The translations under genes were made by a program, and so were the position numbers. A stretch of 63,811 nt of DNA, counting the filler, from Perkinsus chesapeaki ATCC PRA-425 (Eukaryota > Protista > Perkinsozoa), in the NCBI GenBank assembly GCA_013115145.1. It is 9 parts of 9 records of this genome, joined end to end, with 100 filler letters (N's around TTAATTAATTAA, not from the genome) between each part and the next. Parts side by side here need not be neighbours in the genome. Positions count along the whole stretch, not along the records: positions 1 to 10,590 come from JAAPAO010000884.1; positions 10,691 to 16,599 come from JAAPAO010001119.1; 7 more parts are not named here. One strand, given 5' to 3'. Shown here one piece after another: positions 1-11,151 of the stretch (within the stretch, counting starts at the first letter, position 1; the number at the start of each line of letters is the position of its first letter). Under the pieces are notes generated by a model, which did no database searches, was not told the DNA's origin, and saw only the letters and a list, made by a program, of their open reading frames with translations.

Positions 1-60
1 GTGTATGTGTCGCTCGCCCATGAGCCCATGAATGCTCTGGGTTGGACTTATGATGATGAT

Positions 61-82
61 ACCGTAGCCATCTTGGCTCAAG
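61..82 (+). other. Genomic copy of the 22-nt Perkinsus spliced leader, not followed by GT (relic of trans-spliced cDNA)
   Basis: ACCGTAGCCATCTTGGCTCAAG matches the known Perkinsus SL. It is followed by ATCTCAG..., so there is no donor GT and it is not an SL RNA gene. Confidence 0.9.
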
Positions 83-85
83 ATC

Positions 86-1324
86 TCAGTTGTTGTGTGT
101 TTCGTTGCACAGTATGACATCAGCCGTCAACAGCGCCACCTCGTCACATGCGGTAAATTGTGCAGTCATGCGACACGGCCCGATAGTCAGTGCCTTCGGT
201 TCGATTCCTCCTGAAGTACGTTCCGGGAAGAAGCGAAGTTGGTATACCGACTCGGGCTCCCATGTATACACAACCACTTGTGAGAATCCACATATTGTAT
301 CATCAGTGGTATAGATGGACGGGACTCTCTCGTCCGGGCCTGTCTGTTGAGGCTCAGGCCCCAGAACCTCGGCCATACGGTACGGCTTGTCCAGCAAACA
401 TAAATCCAAGTGAGAATTCCAGCACACGTATGTGCCTGGTACATTGAGCTTGAATTCGTCGGTAAGCTCGGCAACCTTGTTCAAATGTCGGTACTCCCAG
501 GCTAGTTTTCTGTATATCGCTTTGTCTGAATGGCCATACGAGTAGCAATCCGTAGCTGAATTGAATCCTGTTTTGTAAGGACCTATACTGACCGTGCGGT
601 TATTGGTGGTGAAGTTCAAGGTAAGCCAGGCGCCCCCTTGGAAATCCGCAATAACCTTTTGGAATCCGGGTATTGGGTCAACGTTATAGTAGATACCATC
701 GGGTGGAGGAGATCCATTTCCCCTTCTTAGCTCCTTAACGGCAATAGAGTGGGCTTCATAACTTCCGCTCCGAGCCATGTCATTACCCACGCGTTTGACT
801 GCCGCAGTGGCGGTACTGGACCTAGTGGCATCGCCTTTCATGCGGCTCTCAGGGGGCGAGTCCGCTACTGGCGAACTAATATTATCAGTGGTCTTTTTGA
901 GGTTGACAATAATGTTGTTCATCATGAGGACAAGACCGGAGCCTTCACCAGGGCAGACTCTTACGTTTTTCCACTCTGGAACCGCACCTATACCGAGCAC
1001 CAGTGTAAGCTTTTGGAAGGCTGAATTGAGCTGCATTTCATCATACAGCTCCCCTCGTGAATACCGAAGACACCCATTACCATCATCCTGCATCTCATGA
1101 ACCGGAGTGACAATCGCGGAGGTTCCACCGGACAGAAAGAAATTAAAAATCGCTTTTTTGTCTGCATCGATAACCAGACCGACGCTTGATAGCTTGCCGT
1201 TACCAACATTGCCGTAATACATGCCATCGCTTATTTCACCGGTACTACCACCACTACTACTGAGGATGCAAACAAGGAGGTTAGCGAGGACCATACTCAT
1301 CATGTTTGTGGTCTTCTTCATCAT
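86..1324 (-). CDS. Intronless secreted protein of a Perkinsus-type repeated-domain family; paralogue of 2288-4159, 3'-truncated
   Basis: 412-aa ORF with N-terminal hydrophobic signal (MVLANLLVCILSS) and DGxYY...IGP repeated modules. The first ~145 aa are very similar to the 623-aa neighbour; similarity stops after GPCRM near nt 160. Confidence 0.8.
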   Translation of the reverse strand: MMKKTTNMMSMVLANLLVCILSSSGGSTGEISDGMYYGNVGNGKLSSVGLVIDADKKAIFNFFLSGGTSAIVTPVHEMQDDGNGCLRYSRGELYDEMQLNSAFQKLTLVLGIGAVPEWKNVRVCPGEGSGLVLMMNNIIVNLKKTTDNISSPVADSPPESRMKGDATRSSTATAAVKRVGNDMARSGSYEAHSIAVKELRRGNGSPPPDGIYYNVDPIPGFQKVIADFQGGAWLTLNFTTNNRTVSIGPYKTGFNSATDCYSYGHSDKAIYRKLAWEYRHLNKVAELTDEFKLNVPGTYVCWNSHLDLCLLDKPYRMAEVLGPEPQQTGPDERVPSIYTTDDTICGFSQVVVYTWEPESVYQLRFFPERTSGGIEPKALTIGPCRMTAQFTACDEVALLTADVILCNETHNN

Positions 1325-2287
1325 TATAGTATAGCCAACTTACAAAAGAGACAGCCAACTTTTGAAAGAGACAGCTGTGCGCTTGCAAATCTGCTGCGAC
1401 AGGAGACCTGCCGTCTGGTGATGCGCATGTCTCGTCTCGGAAATGCAAGTCTCTCGTCCCATATGATATGGGCCATATCCGTGCCGCAGGGTTCATTGCT
1501 GCACTCAAGCTGTATGAAAGGAATGGAGAGGAATGTGTTTCATACAGTGGACGAATTGAGGGGCCAGTGAACCTCGAGTGGAGATGACGATAATCCTCAA
1601 AGGAATCCTTAGCAGCTTGAGTACGCCATAGCTAGGGATTCCATTGAACCCGTGTTATTCATACCGCGGACAACCTCATATTGTATCAACTTATCCATTT
1701 ACCGACTTACATGACCGCGGCGAATGAATGAATCATATAACCTATTACCTAGTATTGAATCATACTAGTATTAGTAAACGTTAAGTGCAACAGACACGCA
1801 GGCATGCAGATTGAAGCGGTGACATTACCAGAATGAATAACCGTAGATCGATCAAGTGGTTGATCAGTGAGGACAAAACTGTGGAGGAGAACTTCACTTG
1901 TACTGTAACGAACAACTGTGAGGGGCAAGGGACAGCAGATGCAGATACCAACTCAGCGCTAACGAGTTGTCGTAGCATGAGATTGACGAAAGACGCTGAC
2001 GACAACGGCGACCTCTCCGAGGGGGGCTCTATAAACTACTATCAGCAGAAATATATTGGGAATACTCGAGAGCCGAGAGAACACTGCTCATGTTATCCTT
2101 GCTTAGATGCCCTATGGTAAGACTTAATCGTACAGTCACCGCGAGCCGAATAAACTCATATATTAACGGAGTGTTCACTTCTAACACCAATACTGACTGA
2201 AGAGCACACACATTATCATTATATTTGTGAAGGTTAATAAAATATTTTTAGATTAGCAAGACCCTTCTGTGGGGAAGATGTCAGTTT

Positions 2288-4159
2288 TCAGGGAGCCATA
2301 AGCCATTTTGCGTCGAAGTTGAGTAGTTCGTCTGGCAGGTTAGGCAGGTTATTGGGAGAATCATTATCATAGATGTCAAGTAGTTCGTCTGGCAGATCTC
2401 GCAGAATGTCGGGAGCCTCATTCGTCTCGTGAAACTCTCTAGCTGGCTGTTGCTCACTATAAGTGTCCTGGCTACCAGAAGCTGCCTTGGAAAGTTGCAG
2501 GGTATCAGAGACCTCAGGAGGGACTAGCGGAGCCAGCTCTTTTGATGAACCTTCTCCTTCGACAACAAGAGTTCCTGTTTGCCGTGGTATGGGTGGGTCG
2601 CTTGCCTTGGTGCTCCCACGAGTGTTGCCTGCCAATTTCTGATGTAGGGGGGACTTGACGGGAATTAACGTCTTCGGTGCCTCGCTCGCTGTATGGCCAT
2701 CGGATATACAACGGAATCTATATGCCACACCACGGATGATCAACTTCTTCTCTGATGATGGTGTACTGAGAACAGCCACTTGTTCGGGATTGATCGGTTC
2801 CATTCCCCTCAAACTCTTCGATAACAGGGCGAACTGCGATGTCAAGAATGAGCCTCCTGCAATATTGAAGCGTAGAAGCCCGTGAGCAGACTCCGCAACC
2901 ATGGGGCAAGGCCCTATCCTTACTGGCTCAGATCTAGTGTCATCCGAAGTTGGGTTAGGCCAGAAATAGAAAGCATACACAGACAGGGCTTGCCATTCGT
3001 ACATGCTCACTTGTGAAAAACCAGAGATTGGATCAACATTGTTGTAGCGATTAGTAGGCCGTAGAGCTTTAACCTCAGTGCTCAGGGCGGTAGGATTCGC
3101 TAGTTGGAATTTGCGTTTGGCAGAAATAACGATAGACTCATCTGGGGCAGGCCTTTTGCGATCGTTATCTATAGGCTTTGCTCGATGCTGCATGATGTAC
3201 GAAGCGCCCTCCAACCACAACGTCATGTGAGAATTCCAGCAAACTTTAACACTTACCGCATGAACGCGGCACTCCGTGGGGTTATCCTTATTCATAGAGC
3301 GGTATTTCCAAGCCACTTTACGATACTTGGAGATGTCGGAGTAGTCATATTCCAGACATCCAGTGAGAATAGAATGCTGAGTACGATAGGGACCAATAAC
3401 AGTCATACCACCCTTGACGGAGAAGTACATTTTTAGCATATTGTCATGTTGGATTTCCAGGGAAACCATCATAAAGCACAGCACAGGGCCTATACTTTGA
3501 TAAAACCCTTTTGGTGGAATTGAAGCACCTAACTTCGTCTTTCGGGCGTCCGTGAGTTTAGGCTGGGGGCCCTCAGCTCTACCAAAGTCTCGTGGGATTC
3601 TCTTCCCTCCAGCGGTGTTTGCGACAGTGGAAGAGTCCACTACTGGAACGGCCTCGCGCCTATGCTGCGAACCAGTGGGCACGGACATATCATCTGTTCT
3701 CTTTGTGAGATTAACAGTGATGCCGTTCATCCTAAGAACAAGGCCGGGGCCTTTACCAGGGCAGACTCTAACGTCCTCCCAGCCAGGGACCGCTCCTTGA
3801 CCGAGCTTCAGTGTGAGCTCACGAAAGGCTGAATTGAGTTGCCTCCGATCATACAACTTCCCTTGTGAATACTGAAGGCACCCATGACCATCATCCTGCA
3901 TCTGATGAACCGGAGTGACAATCGGGGAGGTTTCACCGGACAGAAAGAAATTGAAGGAGGCCTCATTGTCTGCACCGATAACCAGACTGACACTTGATAG
4001 CTTGCCGTTACCAACATTGCCGTAATACATTCCATCGCTTATTCCACCGGTACTCTCACCAACACTACTGTGGATGCAAACAAGGAGGTTAGCGAGGATC
4101 ATACAAATACTTATTATGTTTGTCGTCTTCATCATCATTATAGTATAGCCAACTTTCAA
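2288..4159 (-). CDS. Intronless secreted protein, three repeated modules plus acidic low-complexity tail
   Basis: 623-aa ORF with signal peptide (CMILANLLVCIHS) and a duplicated C-terminal L(R/P)DLPDELL motif. Upstream DNA (4142-4250, 4650-4750) is homologous to 1325-1450 and 1545-1660. The likely start is the ATG run near 4135. Confidence 0.8.
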   Translation of the reverse strand: MKVGYTIMMMKTTNIISICMILANLLVCIHSSVGESTGGISDGMYYGNVGNGKLSSVSLVIGADNEASFNFFLSGETSPIVTPVHQMQDDGHGCLQYSQGKLYDRRQLNSAFRELTLKLGQGAVPGWEDVRVCPGKGPGLVLRMNGITVNLTKRTDDMSVPTGSQHRREAVPVVDSSTVANTAGGKRIPRDFGRAEGPQPKLTDARKTKLGASIPPKGFYQSIGPVLCFMMVSLEIQHDNMLKMYFSVKGGMTVIGPYRTQHSILTGCLEYDYSDISKYRKVAWKYRSMNKDNPTECRVHAVSVKVCWNSHMTLWLEGASYIMQHRAKPIDNDRKRPAPDESIVISAKRKFQLANPTALSTEVKALRPTNRYNNVDPISGFSQVSMYEWQALSVYAFYFWPNPTSDDTRSEPVRIGPCPMVAESAHGLLRFNIAGGSFLTSQFALLSKSLRGMEPINPEQVAVLSTPSSEKKLIIRGVAYRFRCISDGHTASEAPKTLIPVKSPLHQKLAGNTRGSTKASDPPIPRQTGTLVVEGEGSSKELAPLVPPEVSDTLQLSKAASGSQDTYSEQQPAREFHETNEAPDILRDLPDELLDIYDNDSPNNLPNLPDELLNFDAKWLMAP

Positions 4160-4273
4160 AAGAGACTGCTGTATTTTCGGCCATCTCCTGCCGTGTTGTG
4201 ATGTGCGTGTCTCGTCTCCAATTGAAAGCGTCTCGTCTCATACGTGCGCGGACGCACGTATGAGGTCCGCGGG

Positions 4274-4308
4274 TATACGACGGACCTCATATATAGGTCC
4301 GTCGTATA
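4274..4308. repeat. 14-bp perfect inverted repeat (7-nt loop) abutting the minisatellite
   Basis: TATACGACGGACCT-CATATAT-AGGTCCGTCGTATA. Confidence 0.9.
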
Positions 4309-4354
4309 TATGACCTATATATATTTTATATATATAGGTCATAGGTCATAAATA

Positions 4355-4620
4355 TATATATGACTGTATATATATAAGGTATATGACTGTATATATATGA
4401 CTGTATATATATAAGGTATATGACTGTATATATATAAGGTATATGACTGTATATATATAAGGCATATGACTGTATATATATAAGGTATATGACTGTATAT
4501 ATATAAGGTATATGACTGTATATATATAAGGTATATGACTGTATATATATATATATATATGACTGTATATATATAAGGTATATGACTGTATATATATGGC
4601 TGTATATATACAAGGTTTAT
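4355..4620. repeat. AT-rich minisatellite, ~23-nt unit TATATGACTGTATATATATAAGG with 12-nt truncated variants
   Basis: Tandem units are directly visible and give rise to the spurious YIYIQS/IYSHIP ORFs. Confidence 0.95.
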
Positions 4621-5328
4621 GACTCTACGCAAGACACTTGAAAGGAGTGGAAATGAATGAGTGTCATGAAGCAGACGAATTGAGGGGCCGGAGAAACTCG
4701 GCTGCTTCTTCTGCTGTTAGCTCAAGTAAAGCCAAGGATTCCCGAATAGCCTGAAGGAACCTTTTCCAATTACCGCCGACACATCCTAGCTTACCCGATT
4801 CAATGACGAATTCCCATGGTCGCTCGGGACTTTACGATTCTCTTTTTCACTGGAGTCCACCGATGCCAGAGTAATCCTGATGATCAAAGACCAATCGCCG
4901 CATCGCATCCAGTCATTTACTTGGCTGCGACGAAGGTTAATATTCAGCAACAGCGCTGCAAGAGCTTCGGTACAGTTTCGAGGTGAAATATTCCATTTTA
5001 GTCGACATGCCTACGAACGCCTTACATGTGAAGATCGGAGTCCTCTACAGAGGGTCTTGAGGACGGTGCTTGAGCGTCGCTTAACTCAACGACACTCGAT
5101 AATTCTGAAATGTCAGCTTCAGCATCTGGACCATGTCGGTTCACTTTGACTTTCGAGGAAACTGAGCAGAAGACGGTTTTCAGCAAAGCATACCGCTGCT
5201 CATTTAGCCTTCGACTGATGCACTGTTCAGCAGCATCCCCCCCTGCTACGAGGACTACAAATCTTGAATCAGCCTGATTCAATCAGGGCCTAGGAAGTGT
5301 CGTTGGAAAGCTGCGCGATAGAGTAATA

Positions 5329-8300
5329 TTAATCCCAAAAATGGGAGCAGTTCGGCCCTGCCGAATCGGCAGACCGCCATTGTCGCAGTCTCTTTAACCC
5401 ACCCGCTGGTTTCGCATCGTTTGTCCAAGCAAGATGCCTTCTGCGCTCTCCTCGACCTGCCACGCCATAGGTGCCCTCTTGACGAGCGCGAAATAGCATT
5501 GCTGCGCCGTCGGCTCTCGCAGCTTCTTCTCGTTTTAGATCATTCAACTTGGCATGCGTCTACAAAAGACCGCATGGCTGTTTCCGCGGGGTAATGTGGT
5601 TGGAGTTCTTTGGAACGGTGTACCAATCTAGACCGGGAATTCCTTCCTAGTGCATGCCATGCGACCCTCATAAGCCTCACGGCGAGCGATCAAGAAATAC
5701 AACTGCCGATGTGATAGAGCAATAGGGAAGTATAAGTCAGTTCTGGCTCCCTGACTAAGAGGAGTCCAGTCCGATAGCGCCTCAATTGACACTTCCCACG
5801 ATTATAGGTACGCAACTGACCTTTTCGAGTCTTGTCTTTGTTGCGTCCAACTGTCTTTTCAGACGCTCAACTTCACTGCGTGCTCTTCCTTCCTTCTCCT
5901 TTGCTTCGCTCTCACTTCGAGTGGCCGTCTGCAGAACCTGAAAATAATGCAGGTCAATGAGTCCAAATCCGGAGCAATTGAACCTCCTCATTTTCAATGG
6001 CTTTCTTCTTCAGCTGTTCAGTTAGTCTTGACTGTCGCTGTAGATCGGCTTTGAGAGTTTTCACTCGGGCATCCGTTTCATTAACCTTTGCCTCAGCCTC
6101 GACCAATAGGCACCTTTTCGCCGACACCTCTTTACGGAGGTCACTTATCAATGCCTGAGAGAGACCTGCGGTCCGCGGTCCAAGAAGATTGGGGACGTAG
6201 TGGCTTGCCACATTCTGTTCAATCTCACTATCGACGCACATGGTTAAGATGCAGTCGAAGATGGAACTAGCCCTGGTTTGCCTTTGAACTAGACTGCAGC
6301 CACGCAAACTGCTCGAGGGGACCTCATCCCCTCCCGCCGGACCCTTATCGACTTTTCCGACAAGACCGAAAATTCAACTTATTTCCCACAGTTCCTACTC
6401 CTGACTTAGACTTGAGAGCGCAACCAATGTGGTATTACACAACCAGAATTCGATTATCTCTGGTTCATTCTAAGTTGAGTGGGTGATAAAATCGATACTG
6501 TAGATAGCTAATACGCAGACACGTTCACGAATGGGTGCAAGATAATCCTTATTACTAGGGCACGCCAACCAATCAACCCCATTTTCACTCTCGCGCCAGC
6601 ATACGTATCCGAAAGCACTAACAAGCCCACTGATTCGACGAACCTCTTACTTCTCGGCTCCTCAGTTCCCTTTGGCACGCCTTCAACTTGCTAACCACCT
6701 CATCCTCAGCTTCCTTCTTCCGTGCAGTATTTGCGGTCTACCACGCACATAACCGAGCGAACACTAGCCATCCAAACCTCTTCATTCGTAATGGCGAGAT
6801 CTTTCTCCTTCACCTGTTCTCGAGCCGCCCTTAGCTCCTCTCTAAGAGCGCGTATCTTGGCTTCTTGTTGGCTAACATCGCAACACTGCTATGCTTTCCA
6901 ATTTCACATCCAAAGATTTCTCCACTCATGAGCACTACTGCTGTCGCTGCATGAGCCGCCTGAATTTCTTTGGAGCCAAATATGTAGGTACGCCTAGTAA
7001 GTAGACGCCGCTCATGCGGGAACCTCAACATCACATTTTGGCAAAGGATGCCAAGTCATTCGGTCATTTACTACAAGGAGCTGAAGTTTTATAGGTATTC
7101 TGCTCGCGGTGGCGCGCTCTTTGATGAACCGCAGGCTGCTCACCAAAAGAAGGGAAGCTCTTCATGGATGGAAAATAGTTAATGGTACATAGCCCCCTCC
7201 GCACCCTCGCCTGTTAAGGTTTTACCGCAACGGAATCTGTCTTGAATTCCAGCTTAAGTTGCTCGCATGTAACATCACGAGCAACTAGGCTTCGTAATAG
7301 ACCCACTCGCCTGGACCCTCACTTTGCCCTCTGCTTTGTGTGCCTTAGCTCCTCCACAGTATCGTTCATTTCGGCCATAAGACCCGCTTTGGCATTCCTT
7401 TCTGACTCGATTGCCTGGCAGAGATGAAATGAGTGTGAAGTAGACAGGTTCATTAACACGTCACTCTCGAGGACCAAAAACATTTCCTATAGCAGTGAGT
7501 GGCATCGGATACAACAGATCTCTTTGGGGGGTGTTCCTCCACAGTAAACATCATCGGCCCTTTTAGCTTCAACCCTTCTCGAGTATCCATCCGACACCCG
7601 CTCTCAAGCTCAGAAATTTTCCCGCAAAATCATCCCATTCTGGATGCTAGTGCTGAATAGAAACCTTTGGAAATATAATTTTCCCACAACTTACTTCCCT
7701 CGCTCACTCTATACTCCACCACGGCGTTCGATCACAGCCCTTCACTGAGGGCTGTTTATTCCCCATCCAACTCACCTGGTTCAAACGGCGGAACTCAGCA
7801 TTGGCGCTTGCCAATTTCCGGCTCATATCGACCCGAGCAAGCCTCGCGTCCTCCCGACTGTCCGCCAGCTCTTTCTCCAACTGCCCAGCCCTCTCGCGCA
7901 GGCTCGCCGCTTCCTGAACACCGAAAATTCCATCACTCCTTCGCCGCCGCGTACCACTCGGAGAGCCTTCAGAGCCTCCAAATGCTTCGGCATCGGTGAC
8001 TTCGCTCTCGCCGTTGAAGGAGGCCAATTTAACGGTTCAAGTCGCTTCCGAGGAGGTGACGAAGATTGCGATCGGACGAGGTTCTCCGTCATTTTCTGAA
8101 TACAAAAATACGACAACAAAGCCGAGAAGCAATTTACTGTTAAAGGATAAAAACCAACTGCAGTTCCGTGAAATTCCGAGATGCCTTAAAACTTTCACCA
8201 ACGTGTGCATTAATTCATATTCAAATAGGAGGGAATTCATCGTTCACTCGCGTGCCTACCAAACGGTGGTCTAAATGAGACTTGAAAGATTTCTCCACAT

Positions 8301-9913
8301 TGAACAAACATGCCCTCTTGACTGCCTCTCTGTATCAAATGATTTCGCTATTGTCTGCAAAAACCTCTACTGAGATTCCATTATCCCGACTAAATCTGAG
8401 TCGAGTCTTCTCACCTCCGCCTTGCCAAGCGCCACCACCAGTCTCTCTGTCATCCATCTCTCCTCAAGATTAACACTATCAGATGGCCTTGCCGAAGGCC
8501 TCGTCGTTTGCACAGCTTTGTTGGACTGCCTCAGACGGCTCTCAGCTGCTGCCAGACTCTTTTCCAACTCCTACATAGGAATGGCCAATCATTCTGACTG
8601 TGCTTGAACATAATTTCGCTGGCCCCTTTTCTCAGAGTGAAGAGCTCCACTTTTACTCGTACAAGACTTTATTTACGGATGTTGAACTGCATGCAAGCAA
8701 ACCATCAGACGTGCTCTTTCGCTTCCACGTTCTAGCGAAAGCTCCATTGCAGCCCCTCCGCATTAGGAGCACCTTTATGTCTACGAATAACACTTCCTGT
8801 GAGGTTACATTACTCCGTGGTTGATCTCCCGCAATAGTGCTCATCAAACCTGTGTTGGCTCACCTCGATTTTCCCTTTCAGCCGGCCAATCGTCTCCCGC
8901 ATCTTCCTCTCGTTGATTCTCGTCGCAGCTAGAATCGCTTCGTGCTCACCTGCGAAAGAATGCCACTAACGTCCCCATCAAACGCCTAACCCAACAAACT
9001 TCGCAGCTTCAAATTCTCACTCTTCATCTCTGGGCAGATGGGGCACCCAGGAGGACTGCCTGAAACCACTACCAGTTGTTATCAGCTTTTCAACGGCAAG
9101 GAGCCCTGAAAGCATCAGTACACTTGCTCTCAGGCAAGTGTACTGAGAGGAACCTTGGAATAAATCAGAAAAATATTTCAGCTTTTCCAGGTCAGAAGCC
9201 GAAAAATCTGGTTTGTCCTGTTTGGAAAATAAGTCCGAAAATTCAATGGTTTCTTCGGAAGCTTCAAAGAGGGTATCTTCTATAGCGATTGAGCGAGGGA
9301 AAGCTTCTGGCTCAGCTGAAGAAGGCTGACAGATACTAAACCGTCTCTGGGAATCAAACAAGTTCACTGAGTAATTGTGACAACCGCCCGACCGGTTGGT
9401 GGCAGAAATTGATGGCTACAACTTAGACCTCAACGACTGCCTGGTATGGAATCAGTGATGACGAGTCATCACTAACAATCGAGCATGTGTCATCGAAAAG
9501 GATTTAACCGCTCTTCTCTTACCTCTCACAGAACTCCATGCCGCCACGCCTGTAAAGGCCGCCAAATGAGCTGGGTCTCCGGACCTGAACGATACAATGT
9601 ACCACAAAGGTATATTAGCTTACTGCGTGGCTTTAGCGGCACTCTCCACTGACGTCTGACAGGAAGCATCTCTCGAGCACCATGACTCCGTTTGCACCAG
9701 CTCGTCTGTAGTTGACACCTCGCTGGTCTGGGAGCAGGCATCTTCAACCTTCACAGTGTCTGATACCAGAGTTAGTTGGAGATGTCTGCTAAGCTTTAGC
9801 ATCTTCGACACCCAGAGAGCCCTCGGGACACTCCTCACGATCGCCTGTCCCGGATAAGGAATTTCGGTGGGCGAGTGATGGCGAGAGAAGCTTTCCGGGA
9901 GCGTGTAAAGCAT
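5329..9913 (-). CDS. Multi-exon coiled-coil protein (ends approximate; may extend to ~5020)
   Basis: Successive short minus-strand ORFs with heptad/charged content (EVERLKRQLDATK, RVKTLKADLQRQSRLTEQLKKK, AGQLEKELADSREDARLARVDM, EKSLAAAESRLRQ) separated by short GT-AG introns. Confidence 0.6.
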
Positions 9914-10231
9914 TGAGGCAAGGTTTTTTCGCCTTGAAAATAAGTGGTAAGATTATTGTTACATCCGATGTGGAATACTATAATACCAGTTTATATTTAT
10001 ATCCTTTTTTCTATCATTCACAATTTCACTGCGGTTCTCAGTTATTCTCTGTCTAAGTCACTTGTCACAGGCGAGCGCGATTTGAACGGAAAAGTTTGAC
10101 GGCGAAACCGTTACCTTCAATGTCTGCTTTGTCATGCTTTAAGGTCGAGAGTTCCAATCTAGCCTTACTCAGCTGCTCTGACACATCCATGTATCTAGGA
10201 GCGACTCACAGGTGAAAAAGGTTCTTTATTA

Positions 10232-10315
10232 ATATATATAATAGTATATATATTAGTATATATATTAGTATATATATTAGTATATATATTAGTATATATA
10301 TTAGTATATATAGTA
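10232..10315. repeat. 12-nt AT-rich tandem repeat (TAGTATATATAT)n
   Basis: About 6 visible copies. Confidence 0.9.
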
Positions 10316-10395
10316 TCATTACAGTTTCATTACAGTTTATTATTATATAGTATACATAATTGTATTATGAGACTATAAATGCCTTTTAATATCAC

Positions 10396-10486
10396 TAGGC
10401 CTTCTCGCAAATGGCACAGAGCCTCGGCGAATCGTCAGTAAATTGTGTTGGATGGCCCCAAGTTCGATCCCCAGGCCAGTCATTTT
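10396..10486 (+). ncRNA. Degenerate tRNA-like / SINE-head element
   Basis: B-box AGTTCGATCCCC followed by AGGCCAGTCA and a TTTTT Pol III-type terminator. Weak A-box (TCGCAAATGG) upstream; stems are imperfect. Confidence 0.45.
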
Positions 10487-10590
10487 TCTGCGGAAAAACA
10501 TTTTTGCCCGCAAGGCAGTGTTGCAGGAAGATGTGATGAGGGCTCTATCGTAGCGCGGTGACTGGCGAGCGCGCGTGAGTAGCTATGTAT

Positions 10591-10690
10591 NNNNNNNNNN
10601 NNNNNNNNNNNNNNNNNNNNNNNNNNNNNNNNNNTTAATTAATTAANNNNNNNNNNNNNNNNNNNNNNNNNNNNNNNNNNNNNNNNNNNN
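10591..10690. other. Artificial contig-joining linker (44 N + TTAATTAATTAA + 44 N); also at 16600-16699, 25021-25120, 27393-27492, 30316-30415, 32269-32368, 51178-51277, 62041-62140
   Basis: The identical 100-nt structure occurs eight times, and the 12-mer has stops in all six frames. The gap at 21884-21979 is 96 N with no linker. Confidence 0.97.
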
Positions 10691-10769
10691 GGTTACAGTG
10701 GACAATATCCCAGCAATATTCGCTGTAATTTGGAGTTTCGCTGTTTTGGCAGATTTTGAGTCTGAAAAA

Positions 10770-11085
10770 AAAAAATGCAAATGCGCAAAGGGGGTGAAGG
10801 AAAAAAAAGCACCCCCGAAGGTAAAATTCCCTTTAAGTCCCTTGCGCATTTGCAAAATTTTCAAAAATTGTTGCAAATGCGCTTTTGTTATTTGGCCGGT
10901 TCATTGGTGTCAGAAGTTGCCTGGGGTGGTTACACGATGCACGGAATTGGTTGGAAGTTGTGTGATTGAGAATTGGTCGTGTCACACAATTTTGCGCATT
11001 TGCAAAAATTCGCAAATTGGACAAAAAAGGGTCGCGCACAGTCAAATTGCGCAAATTTCACTTTGAAGTGAGTGCGCATTTGTGG
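10770..11085. repeat. Cluster of TGCGCA(TTTGCAAAA) motifs in both orientations; probable DNA-transposon/MITE subterminal repeats
   Basis: GCAAATGCGCAAA 10777, TTGCGCATTTGCAAAA 10842 and 10993, GCAAATGCGC 10873, TTGCGCAAAT 11047, GTGCGCATTTG 11072. Confidence 0.6.
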
Positions 11086-11151
11086 GGCAGAAATGTGGTG
11101 ACAGCATCGTTTTTTATAATAAATATTCTATATTTAGTATCTTTATTATAA

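Noticed and set aside
4326-4632. ORFs with YIYIQS / IYSHIP repeats
   Set aside because: These are translations of an AT-rich minisatellite.
10396-10486. Functional tRNA genes at the tRNA-like sites
   Set aside because: Mismatched T- and acceptor stems or missing 5' halves; treated as tRNA-derived relics instead.
10635-10646. Repeated TTAATTAATTAA motif as a biological element
   Set aside because: Always centred in 44+44 Ns, so it is an artificial six-frame-stop linker. Gene order across these points should not be interpreted.
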